From a virus, in IMG/VR virus record IMGVR_UViG_3300033429_000002, positions 6,072-70,071 of that record: DNA of 64,000 bases; one strand, given 5' to 3'. The position numbers were made by a program, and so were the translations under genes. The notes under the pieces were generated by a model that saw only the letters and a program-made list of their open reading frames with translations, did no database searches and had not been told where the DNA came from. How positions within the stretch are numbered: position 1 is the stretch's first letter; every line of letters begins with the position of its first letter. Shown here piece after piece: positions 26,645 to 35,373 of this stretch.

Positions 26645-28571
26645 TCAGTCTTCGATAATCTCGCTAGTTGCCAGTTCAAACCTGAAATTGTGATCAGGTA
26701 GCTTATCCCTATACCATTTTATCATACTTTTAGAGGCGTCTCTACCTTTACGGAAGTCTTCATCGTTCTCACTATACCACTCGTCAATAGCTATCCAGTT
26801 TTCTTTGCCTGTTAGTATTTCGCTTATTTTTGACTCTACCTGTAGTTTTATAGTTGTCTTCATATTTTCTCTTAGTTTTCAGTGTGTGAAACTTCTATTC
26901 TTAACGGTTCTTCAGACTCATGCATCCATCCCGGTAGGTTATTTATTATTAGGTGTAGTTCATAACTTTCAACATCGTCCTGTACTCTTTTCCAGACGGT
27001 TCAACCTCGAAGGCATTAACCCATGAACTTTCTCTTGATCCATCTCTTACCCACACAACCCTATATTGTATTTGGTCCCGTTCGCCTATAATGACTTCTG
27101 CTATTTTGGCGTCTATCTCTCCACCAACCTTAACATCCATTCCACATGAGTATATTTCGATTGTTTTCATATTATTCCTTGTTATCTACCTATGTACCTG
27201 TCCGATCTGTCATTGTCTGCTTTTTCATAATCGCCACACTTGACAAGCATAGGGTCCTCGAAGAACAAAAAATCATGGAGACCACATACCGTAACCTCTT
27301 TTGCTTTGGACCCGCCACTTGCGTAGTATTTGAAATTTCCATGCTTGCAGAAGTAGCAACAATCGTTGACAGGGTGCAGGAATTTTATCTTGTTAGACAT
27401 TCCCTCCTCGTATTCAACCGAGAGTCGTTCGCTTTCATTCGCCAACATTACAGCGTGTTTTCTCATACCTTTGTCTTTCATTCTATCTACCTTTAGTTTT
27501 ACCTTGATTTTACCGGTTGGTCAATTTTCGAACCCCTGCTTTTCAACTCAATGATCTCATCGATTAGCCTATCATTCCTGTCTTGTGCTTTGTCTAGAAG
27601 CTTGTTTGTCTTATCTAGAATCACACTTTGAGCTTCGTGCGTTTTGCTTAATTCTTCATAAAGAGATTCCCAGTCGTAAACAGTCTTTCTATTGAACATC
27701 CCCATCTTAATAAAACTCCTTTTCTTCTTCTGTTAGTTCTTTGCTGTATACGAAATGGTCTATTTCTCCCTCTCTGTATTCACTGACTAGGTTCAATGAT
27801 CTGACGTACACCTTGTAATGGTAGCCGGGTTTGCGCATGGTAGAGTTTAGCCACGTCTTGACAATAACTCCTATCTGGTCATCATCAACCACCACAATCT
27901 GTCCAAATTGAAATCTTGGTTTCATATTAACTCTGTCTTAGTTATTATAGCGCTCATTCATTGAACCTGCTCTAAGTTTGAATATTCAGTATAGTAGAAT
28001 ATGCTGCCATCTGCATTCCTGACGATAGCTAAATTGTTCTTATGGTCTACCTCTTTTACAATAACGGTGCATCCTGAAAGTCCGAGTGGTGAAGCGTCCG
28101 CTTTTGATAGACTTTTTTCAATCTTTATTAGGTTGTTGCTGGCTATACGAACCGCGTCGATATCCCATTGTATATCCATCCATGATCTAAATAGATTTTT
28201 AAAAAATCCTGTGTCTTTTTTCACCCTTTCCTTAACACTTGAAAGATTCTTTTTGGCTCTTTCTGCCTCTTTCGTCAGTAACAAATACTCAGCTCTTGGC
28301 TGGTCTTCCACCAATCTCATCTCTATCATTTATTAAATCTGTCAAATATCTGCTCTGACATAGAGCAAAATTCATCGATAATAGAATTGTTTGTTACTTC
28401 ACCGGTTCTTCCACTATTTATAAGAGCACATACCATGTCCTTAGCCATCTGCATCTTTATTGCTGCATCTTCCTTACTGTTAACTCTTGGCGGTTTGCAT
28501 GGCGGCATGGCTGGTATTTTTGACTCGTCCATGTCTGGCGGTGGATTGTATCCTTTTATTTTATCAGTCAT
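26645..28571 (-). other. Run of small hypothetical ORFs (26645-26863, 26949-27170, 27182-27481, 27499-27705, 27707-27925, 27958-28329, 28326-28571)
   Basis: Co-oriented abutting ORFs; 26949 and 27707 look like small SH3-like beta proteins. Confidence 0.6.
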
Positions 28572-28595
28572 ACTAGTTACCGTTGTTTATGTGTT

Positions 28596-28895
28596 TTATT
28601 TTATCCTTTTTGACCCGGACTTGAACAACCACACGCTAGATGAACTTGAACAGTCCGTTATTTTGCATGATAGATTCGCATACTTCACGTACCCTCCTTT
28701 TACGTTTAAAATTATGTAGTCTATCACTGGGTATTCAGAAAACGGGTTTGGGCTTTCATACCTCCATACTTCCCCAATATCAGGCGTTGAATCTTCTATG
28801 TATTCGGCAGGTTCAATTTTATATTCATCCAGACCGCTATCGCACCCCATGATAATAAGAATTGTAAATAGTATTACTGTTATAGTTGTTTTCAT
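28596..28895 (-). CDS. Putative lipoprotein
   Basis: MKTTITVILFTILIIMGC leader with lipobox-like end. Confidence 0.55.
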   Translation of the reverse strand: MKTTITVILFTILIIMGCDSGLDEYKIEPAEYIEDSTPDIGEVWRYESPNPFSEYPVIDYIILNVKGGYVKYANLSCKITDCSSSSSVWLFKSGSKRIK

Positions 28896-29137
28896 AGGTC
28901 AACCAGTGATATTGTGTATGAGTTAAGATCGTTCCACCTCTCTTTCGCCTGCTCTTCTGTTTTTCCATAAACATAGGTTGAATGGTCAATGAAAGGGAAC
29001 CTGACGTTAAAAACGTCCTCTTCATCAAGGCAGCACTCGATACAATAAGCCTCCGCGGCACAACCATTCACGGAAAGAGTTATAGGATACTGGCCATCAG
29101 GCTTGCCGCCGCATATTTTGCACCGTGCTATTTTCAT
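28892..29137 (-). CDS. Lar-like zinc-ribbon protein
   Basis: CKICGG...CIEC...TEEQAKERWN pattern typical of Lar restriction-alleviation family. Confidence 0.5.
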   Translation of the reverse strand: MKIARCKICGGKPDGQYPITLSVNGCAAEAYCIECCLDEEDVFNVRFPFIDHSTYVYGKTEEQAKERWNDLNSYTISLVDL

Positions 29138-29198
29138 GATAATATAAAAGCGTAGGTTAATATTATTATCCAGTATATGCAGTAAGCGTCGAATCCTA

Positions 29199-29635
29199 TC
29201 ATAGGTAGTCTTTTAGAATTTTATATTCATAGCTATCGAGCGCAATACCTTTCATTTCTTTAACACAATATGACGACAAACCTCCAATTTCACACACAAC
29301 GTATAACTCTTGAAGGCCGACGTCTTTCGGCCATATCGTCACCGGCTCACCTTTCTTTAATTCCGTATCTATTGAGAACCCGTGTTCATGTAGTTTTCTT
29401 ACACACGCATCCATAACGCGAATGCTATCCATCTTTATATGTGCCATTGCAGTTCCTTAAAATCGTGACGACAATACATGTCTAAGCAAGACCCAATATG
29501 ACTATTATATTCTCTTATTGGTAAAGTTGAAAAGGATTTTAACCAGTCTTTCCAGTCTCGTTTGGTAAAATTCCAGTAAGCTTTATTCCATACATGGTAT
29601 GGTTGATATTTGCCGGGGGTCATCTTCTCGATCAT
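29199..29635 (-). other. Two small hypothetical ORFs (29199-29447, 29435-29635)
   Basis: Overlapping co-oriented ORFs downstream of the tRNAs. Confidence 0.55.
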
Positions 29636-29692
29636 CTGTTAACACCTAAGTTGTTTGTGGATCATATTCTATTGTTTTAGATCTGCAATCGT

Positions 29693-29772
29693 TGGCGACT
29701 ATAAAGAGACTCGAACTCTCATAATCCAGCTTGACAGGCTGGTGCATTATTCCTATTTTATACTATATGGAC
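29693..29772 (-). tRNA. tRNA-Asp(GTC), degenerate acceptor stem
   Basis: Anticodon arm CCAGC-CTGTCAA-GCTGG, T arm GAGAG-TTCGAGT-CTCTT, G-CCA end; two mismatches in acceptor stem GTCCATA/TATAGTC. Confidence 0.75.
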
Positions 29773-29773
29773 A

Positions 29774-29850
29774 TGGTACTGCTGACATGGCTCGAACCTG
29801 CGATGACCACGTTGAAAGCGTGGTGACTTAACCTTCTTATCCACGGCAGC
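29774..29850 (-). tRNA. tRNA-Glu(TTC), slightly degenerate
   Basis: Anticodon arm CCACG-CTTTCAA-CGTGG, GGTTCGAGCC T loop, A-CCA end; one mismatch each in acceptor and T stems. Confidence 0.8.
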
Positions 29851-29854
29851 TAAT

Positions 29855-30845
29855 TGAAACGCCTGTTTAACATGGACAGGCGGCACGGCAATATTGTTTG
29901 TTCGGGGGTATTGTTCGGCTTCCTTAACATCGAGATTTTCGAGCGCTCTTTTCGATGCATTGAGGGTTCCCCTGGAGTATCACATTGCAAAAATTCCGCT
30001 GCGCGTTATCTGCATTAAGCAGATCCATTCTGTCGCCCGGTCTAGGTCCTCAGTTATTCCCCGGCTTGGAGGACTCCACGCTATGTGGTATCTCAAATGA
30101 ATGCCGGGCCAGATGCTACCATGTCAACCGAGCTGGGTAGCCCACGTTCGTAAATTAGTTAATGAGGTGATGAGCTGCAGAGGTATTACGCTAAGATTTT
30201 CAGAATTTAAACCCATCACCTCTTTTGTACTTCTATTTATCCGGCCAGGAATTAACATAATCGAATTGCGATCAGAGGTGCTGGCATGACCTAACTATGG
30301 TCCGCCGAGTGCCGGTGCAGTATATAGCCTTGACTATCATCAAAATAATCACGAGTAACGGGTTCAAACCGTTTCGATTGGCCTTTGATCAGATACTCAA
30401 ATATCTGTGTTTCTGTGTCCCGTTAGGGCGTCGTCAAACATCTTTGGTTGATCTTATCTATTGTCTTATTCTGGTTTTTGATGAATCGCCTTAAGCACTC
30501 ACCAAGCGGAGTAGTCACGCTAGTTATTTAGTATAATCCTTTCATGCCTCACGACATTACCCGATAGCGCTTTGGGACGGATGGGTTTTTCCTCCTATGA
30601 TTGAAGTTAAAAGTATATTTTTAAGATTCTCTTTTCTTCTTTATCAGGCAGAGATGTATCGATTAGGGACTCTGGGCATCCTTTCGCTACCATCAGTTTT
30701 AACATCTCATGGCTAATTCAATACACCTCTTAGATCTTGGACCGCCTCGGATTTGCCATACTCGCTTTTCTTTCCTGCCAGGACTCCCCGATACTTTTTA
30801 TTTTCTCACGGCGATCATTGAGAAGACTTTCAACTTCTCATGCTG
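29855..30845 (-). ncRNA. About 1 kb ORF-free, helix-dense region: candidate large structured RNA(s) co-transcribed with tRNAs
   Basis: No minus-strand ORF in the track; many stems, e.g. AGAGGTGTATTGA/TCGATACATCTCT, TCATCAAAA/TTTTGATGA, TAACGGG/CCCGTTA, GAGGTGATGGGT/GCTCATCACCTC, GCCCGG/CCGGGC, GTCCTC/GAGGAC; TTGACA upstream at ~30883-30888. Confidence 0.6.
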
Positions 30846-30893
30846 TTTTGTAGGTTTAAGCATCTCATGATTGATGTTATTCTGTCAAGATAA

Positions 30894-31724
30894 TTATATG
30901 CTGTTTACTATTACAAGGTTGAACCGCTCCTGGCACAACTCACCGATATAGTCGGCGAACTCAACCGCAACCCCGCCACGTGCACAGACCCCCGCAGCGC
31001 GTTTGTAGTGTATTATCCCCGCTATCTTGACAACTTCCGAGTCGTCTATGGCGTGGACAGTTGTTTCAAAAGTTCTGCCAGTCCCGTCTTCGTAAACGGT
31101 ACACCTTACAACAGATGGCAGCTCAGATATTAACTCAATCATGCCTTTGTGAATCGTATCATACCAACAATCTTCATACTTATCAGCGCTTGATTCTGAT
31201 TTCTCAAACACATAACCGTCTGTATTGTTAGCTTTCATAGTGTGCGGATCTCGGTTGTTGTACCCGTCCGATAATCTGACTGTCGAGCTAATAGAGTGTA
31301 TTTTTCCGGGAAGCTGGGCACTTACCGTATCGTATAACCGTTTGCTGTGTTGCTCTTTGGGTGTTCCGTAGTGCTTATTTAGAACGTCCGTGAAATCTTG
31401 GACATCTTTGTCCGTTATTTCATCACTTCCGCTGGATTGATCCACTGAATATAGATCCGCGCTTGATTTATCAGGCTCAAAACTACAGAGATTTTCGCCT
31501 TTTTCACCGTCTTCTAAAAATCTCCACGTTCTGCTCGCACACCCAATATCCGGTAATCTGTCAATCTGACCGTATTCTATTTCTCTGATTTTCGCCCCTG
31601 CCATGTCGTCAATAATCATTAGGAGAGTGTCCGCAATCTCTTCTATCTGATCTCTATTTTCTAAGATGATTGACTTCGCCTCGGCGTATTTTCTTTCTTT
31701 GATTAGCTTTGATAGTGTTTTCAT
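30894..31724 (-). CDS. Hypothetical protein
   Basis: 276 aa ORF. Confidence 0.65.
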   Translation of the reverse strand: MKTLSKLIKERKYAEAKSIILENRDQIEEIADTLLMIIDDMAGAKIREIEYGQIDRLPDIGCASRTWRFLEDGEKGENLCSFEPDKSSADLYSVDQSSGSDEITDKDVQDFTDVLNKHYGTPKEQHSKRLYDTVSAQLPGKIHSISSTVRLSDGYNNRDPHTMKANNTDGYVFEKSESSADKYEDCWYDTIHKGMIELISELPSVVRCTVYEDGTGRTFETTVHAIDDSEVVKIAGIIHYKRAAGVCARGGVAVEFADYIGELCQERFNLVIVNSI

Positions 31725-31727
31725 GAT

Positions 31728-32093
31728 TTATACCGGGTAAATGATTTGTTGCCATTCAATCACGTCTATTCCCTTTTCAGAGTCATTGTACAGCGTCCAC
31801 CTGTTATATCTTAGTGAATAGTGGGCGATGATGACACCATTTTTTTTTGTTCTCACAAAATATTCGCCTTTTTTAGCTGGTCTTGTTTCTGTCCACCCGC
31901 TGTCGATAATGTTGTCTTTTTTGATCGCAAGCTTTTTACAAATTATTGATAGCTTGTCAGGCTTGGGGACCGTGCCTCTTAGCCAATTATGAGCCGTTGA
32001 TAACGACGTGTTCGTGTATGCTGCGAGGTCATGCATAGTCCACCCGTTATCGTTCATCCTTGATTTTACTAGTCTTGTATTTAACTTTTTCAT
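31728..32093 (-). CDS. XRE/Cro-type HTH protein with a DUF551-like C-terminal extension
   Basis: WTMHDLAAYTNTSLSTAHNWLRGTVP HTH, then W..TRP...GEYFV....W. Confidence 0.75.
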   Translation of the reverse strand: MKKLNTRLVKSRMNDNGWTMHDLAAYTNTSLSTAHNWLRGTVPKPDKLSIICKKLAIKKDNIIDSGWTETRPAKKGEYFVRTKKNGVIIAHYSLRYNRWTLYNDSEKGIDVIEWQQIIYPV

Positions 32094-32936
32094 TTATTAT
32101 TTCATTCCAAAATTCATCGAAGTCTATATTCATGTACTCCTGTTCTAATATTTTACAGAGAGCTTGATATAGTTCGAGGTTGTCTGTTGATTCTGTTATC
32201 GCTTTCTTTATACTTTTTGATAGCTTCTTTGCACTCTTCACACTTTCTAAACTTTGGGTGATCTGTCATGAATAGGTAATTTTCAGGGTGACCGGTGCTA
32301 AAAAATTCGCACTGCCCTGAGTTTGTAAGATTTTGGCATCTATCATCAGGAAGTTTCTGCATACTTAACAGTTTTTCACAACAATATTCAGGGTCTTCAA
32401 AAACGTCTACATCTACGGTCCCAATGTCAACTTTTATTATCATTTACCAACCTCTGAATAATACCGTATCAAAGCGTTCATTCTTGCCCCAGCTTGTTTT
32501 TGATGATAGGGCTTTTTCTTCCTCCTCCTTTAAAATTTCAATGAATCTTTTCATTTTATGATAAACCTCTCTAAGTCTGCTAATTTTAGCTGATCTTGAA
32601 TCTCTTTCCTGAATATTTCGACGGTCCTTGAAATGTAAAAGTCTGAGTTTATGATCTCGAGTAGTACTTCTTTTGCTGTCGTTCCTTTGAGGAGATTGTC
32701 AAAGTCTGATCGCCCTATGATTTCAGGTTTTAGTTTCATCGTTCTTCCATCTCGCTTATTTTATCATTTTGACCGAATATATTTGAATCCTGATAGAACG
32801 TTTGATCAGTCTCGACCTTGTCGATCCTTCCACCACGTTTTAAGAATTCAGACACCGCACTTTCGATAAATTTCGAATTGGGATTAAACCCTTTTTTCGA
32901 TTTGATTTGTTTATTCGTTACTTGTTTCTTTTTCAT
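32047..32936 (-). other. Small hypothetical ORFs (32047-32241, 32153-32443, 32551-32739, 32736-32936)
   Basis: Co-oriented; 32736 has an (E)FLxRGGxI motif also seen in ORF 53955 (SutA-like). Confidence 0.5.
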
Positions 32937-32937
32937 T

Positions 32938-33207
32938 TTAGTTTACTTTTATCGCAAAAACCATCACCTCCCTGTTGCCAAAGTGCGGGTGTTTTATTAT
33001 TTTTATTTTATAACCACTGTATGGTCTGACTATCCTTCTTGACTCGTCTTCCCTTTTTGGGTACCCCTTCGTAATAGTTACGGTTTTGAAGTCCTTGCCG
33101 TGTATCCTTTTTTTCCAATATTTATTATATAGCCTGTACTCATACTTCTTGGCCCCGGACAATATCTCGTTGAAATACTCAGTTTTTACCGGAAGAGTCA
33201 GGTTCAC
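32938..33207 (-). CDS. ASCH (PUA-like) domain protein
   Basis: LTLPVKTEYFNEILSGAKKYEYR (GxKxxExR) motif. Confidence 0.85.
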   Translation of the reverse strand: MNLTLPVKTEYFNEILSGAKKYEYRLYNKYWKKRIHGKDFKTVTITKGYPKREDESRRIVRPYSGYKIKIIKHPHFGNREVMVFAIKVN

Positions 33208-33518
33208 TAATATTCCTCATCTTGTGATAGTTTTATCAGTTCTTGAACCATCATCATTGTTGCCACGTGGTTTTTCCCCTTGATGACTGAGAACGCAAAT
33301 TCAGACCTTAGTCTTTCTGATCTCGATCTTATTTCTTCGATAAATGCATCGGCGTCGATTGATCCGGCGTCGCTATCATCAACAAGAGACTCATAAACAG
33401 CGTCTTGAATGATGTCTTCTATTTTAACTAAATGATCTTTATCGTATTCCATTTGTTTATTAAACCAATTGAGTTTTTGAATAAAAACCAGCGGCCCCTT
33501 TATGGCCACCTCCGCCAT
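33207..33518 (-). CDS. Hypothetical protein
   Basis: 103 aa ORF. Confidence 0.45.
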   Translation of the reverse strand: MAEVAIKGPLVFIQKLNWFNKQMEYDKDHLVKIEDIIQDAVYESLVDDSDAGSIDADAFIEEIRSRSERLRSEFAFSVIKGKNHVATMMMVQELIKLSQDEEY

Positions 33519-34284
33519 ATTTAACAGCTATTTCTGAAACGTCGACGCTGTCTTTTGTTGAATACAAAGAGTATTTGTATTCTCCTTGTTTGATACCAAA
33601 TAGTACCATAATGTCATGCTTTTCAGGGTCATATACGGAGTCGAATATTTTTGAATTAGAAAAAGCTTTGTTAATTACAATTGCTCTCAGCCCTTCTAAT
33701 TCTGATTCGTAGCTCATACCTTTCGCATAGATCTTATTTTGCTTTCTTTCATAATCAATTATTGTCATCCCCAAACTGATTATTCTGTCAATATCATCTG
33801 GGTTAGGCAAAAGAATATATTCCCATATTTCCGACTCTGGAAGAGTATCGGGAAGCGACCTAAATCCATATTGAAACGGTAGCACATCAGGATTTACATG
33901 ATCCCACACATCATATCTGCCAAGGAGTTTTACCGATCTTGGCATTGAAATCGGGTGCATATATTCCCATGTTAGCTCACATCCTGCCTTACCTATTTCC
34001 CTCGCGCCACTGCATTCGATTGATTTACATTTCTCAATTGCTGATTTATGATGATCTATCCATACTAAATCTGTATGATCATTTAGATACTCCATATCTG
34101 ACAGTGAAAATGAAAAATCAACAACAAAAACAGTTTCACCTGATTGAAAACACCCTCTCATCTTTAATGAATCTAGTGAATCGGTGTAATCAACGCCTAT
34201 CATTTCACATTCTGGATTTTCTTGTCTTATGATAGCACCTGAGCAATGACCATCTAAATCAGACTTGTGATAAAAACATTTCAT
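33460..34284 (-). CDS. DHH/DHHA1 phosphoesterase (nanoRNase-like)
   Basis: YHKSDLDG, VDFS, IDHHKS, YDVW and GGGGHKGAAGF motifs; start MKCFYH at 34284. Confidence 0.92.
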   Translation of the reverse strand: MKCFYHKSDLDGHCSGAIIRQENPECEMIGVDYTDSLDSLKMRGCFQSGETVFVVDFSFSLSDMEYLNDHTDLVWIDHHKSAIEKCKSIECSGAREIGKAGCELTWEYMHPISMPRSVKLLGRYDVWDHVNPDVLPFQYGFRSLPDTLPESEIWEYILLPNPDDIDRIISLGMTIIDYERKQNKIYAKGMSYESELEGLRAIVINKAFSNSKIFDSVYDPEKHDIMVLFGIKQGEYKYSLYSTKDSVDVSEIAVKYGGGGHKGAAGFYSKTQLV

Positions 34285-34407
34285 TATTAATCCCTCTAAA
34301 AATTTATTGCTATTGCCGCCCAAACTACAACCAGGAAAGGAGAGTAACCTGAGTTCGAGCGGCTGTTTTTCCTTTGATCCTACTTGTTTTATGGTGTTTT
34401 GTCAATA

Positions 34408-34764
34408 TTATTCGTTTATGATAATAGCGCCCTCTTTGCCCCAAAATTTACCGGCCGTTATGTAGTAAATGAATGAGTCGCCCTTGGATAGAGCGTCTGA
34501 AAATGCCTTGAATAGGTTATCAATATCTGGTGTTTGCTGGTGTGGTTTGCCTTCCATCTCGGACTTCCTCTTTTTTGTCCATGATTTAGGCATGGGAATA
34601 ATGAACGTCACCCCGACGGACTCGCCTATCTCATACTTGGCAAGATTACATTTATATCTGAGTTCGTCGGCGAATGATCTGTACGCAACAACACACTTCC
34701 TTTTATTCCACTTGTCAGAAACAGTTTGCCTCGGCTTTGAAACCGGGTCTATTTTTATTATCAT
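34408..34764 (-). CDS. rusA: RusA-family Holliday junction resolvase
   Basis: PVSKPR, PMPKSW and PDIDNLFKAFSDAL motifs. Confidence 0.9.
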   Translation of the reverse strand: MIIKIDPVSKPRQTVSDKWNKRKCVVAYRSFADELRYKCNLAKYEIGESVGVTFIIPMPKSWTKKRKSEMEGKPHQQTPDIDNLFKAFSDALSKGDSFIYYITAGKFWGKEGAIIINE

Positions 34765-34767
34765 ACA

Positions 34768-35373
34768 TTACCACCTTACCCGGACGGCCATAATAATAGC
34801 CGTATAATTACCGCACTGACTTGTTATTTTAACAGGGGCATTTTTATTCTTAAACCAAACCTTTACGACTTCTTTTTGAGTCTTTGAAAACCCGGTCAGC
34901 GCCTTCTCTAAAAAATAAGCGTTTAGACCTGAATAATTATCGACCGGTTTTTTGTCGTATTCGGTTGCAATGAGTCTTTCTAGGTTTGGGTATTCTGTTT
35001 CTGACTGCACATATTTTAACGCAAGGTCGCCACATTTTAAAACAGAACTAGAAATTTCAACGTTGTCCTGCCTATTCTCAAGCCTGCAAATTGATTCAAA
35101 CAGGGATAATACTTTTTTATGAATTGAGAAATTTTTAAACCCTGACCCGCCGATCTGCTCAAATTTAACACGTTTTATAATAAACGAATCGGCCGCGGTG
35201 AAATGGATAATGTCTCTGTTTACACTCTCAATATTTAGAACGGTTAGATTTTTCCTAGACTCGTTATCACCAATCGCCGGTTTTAAAAACTTGGTGTATT
35301 CTAAAAACTCCTTCCTGTTTATTGTTACCATTAAAAACTCACCTGTTTTGGTTTTTCTTCTTTTTCCTTCCAA
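34768..35373 (-). CDS. Beta sliding-clamp-like protein (short)
   Basis: AADSFII, YPNLERLI, GLNAYFL, K.APV and IIMAVR resemble DnaN motifs; about half normal length; start probably MVTINRK. Confidence 0.6.
   Translation of the reverse strand: MEGKRRKTKTGEFLMVTINRKEFLEYTKFLKPAIGDNESRKNLTVLNIESVNRDIIHFTAADSFIIKRVKFEQIGGSGFKNFSIHKKVLSLFESICRLENRQDNVEISSSVLKCGDLALKYVQSETEYPNLERLIATEYDKKPVDNYSGLNAYFLEKALTGFSKTQKEVVKVWFKNKNAPVKITSQCGNYTAIIMAVRVRW

Noticed and set aside
30700-30765. c-di-GMP-I riboswitch (GGCAAA...GATCTAAG)
   Set aside because: The GAAA tetraloop P2 and the CGCAAAGC junction are missing.
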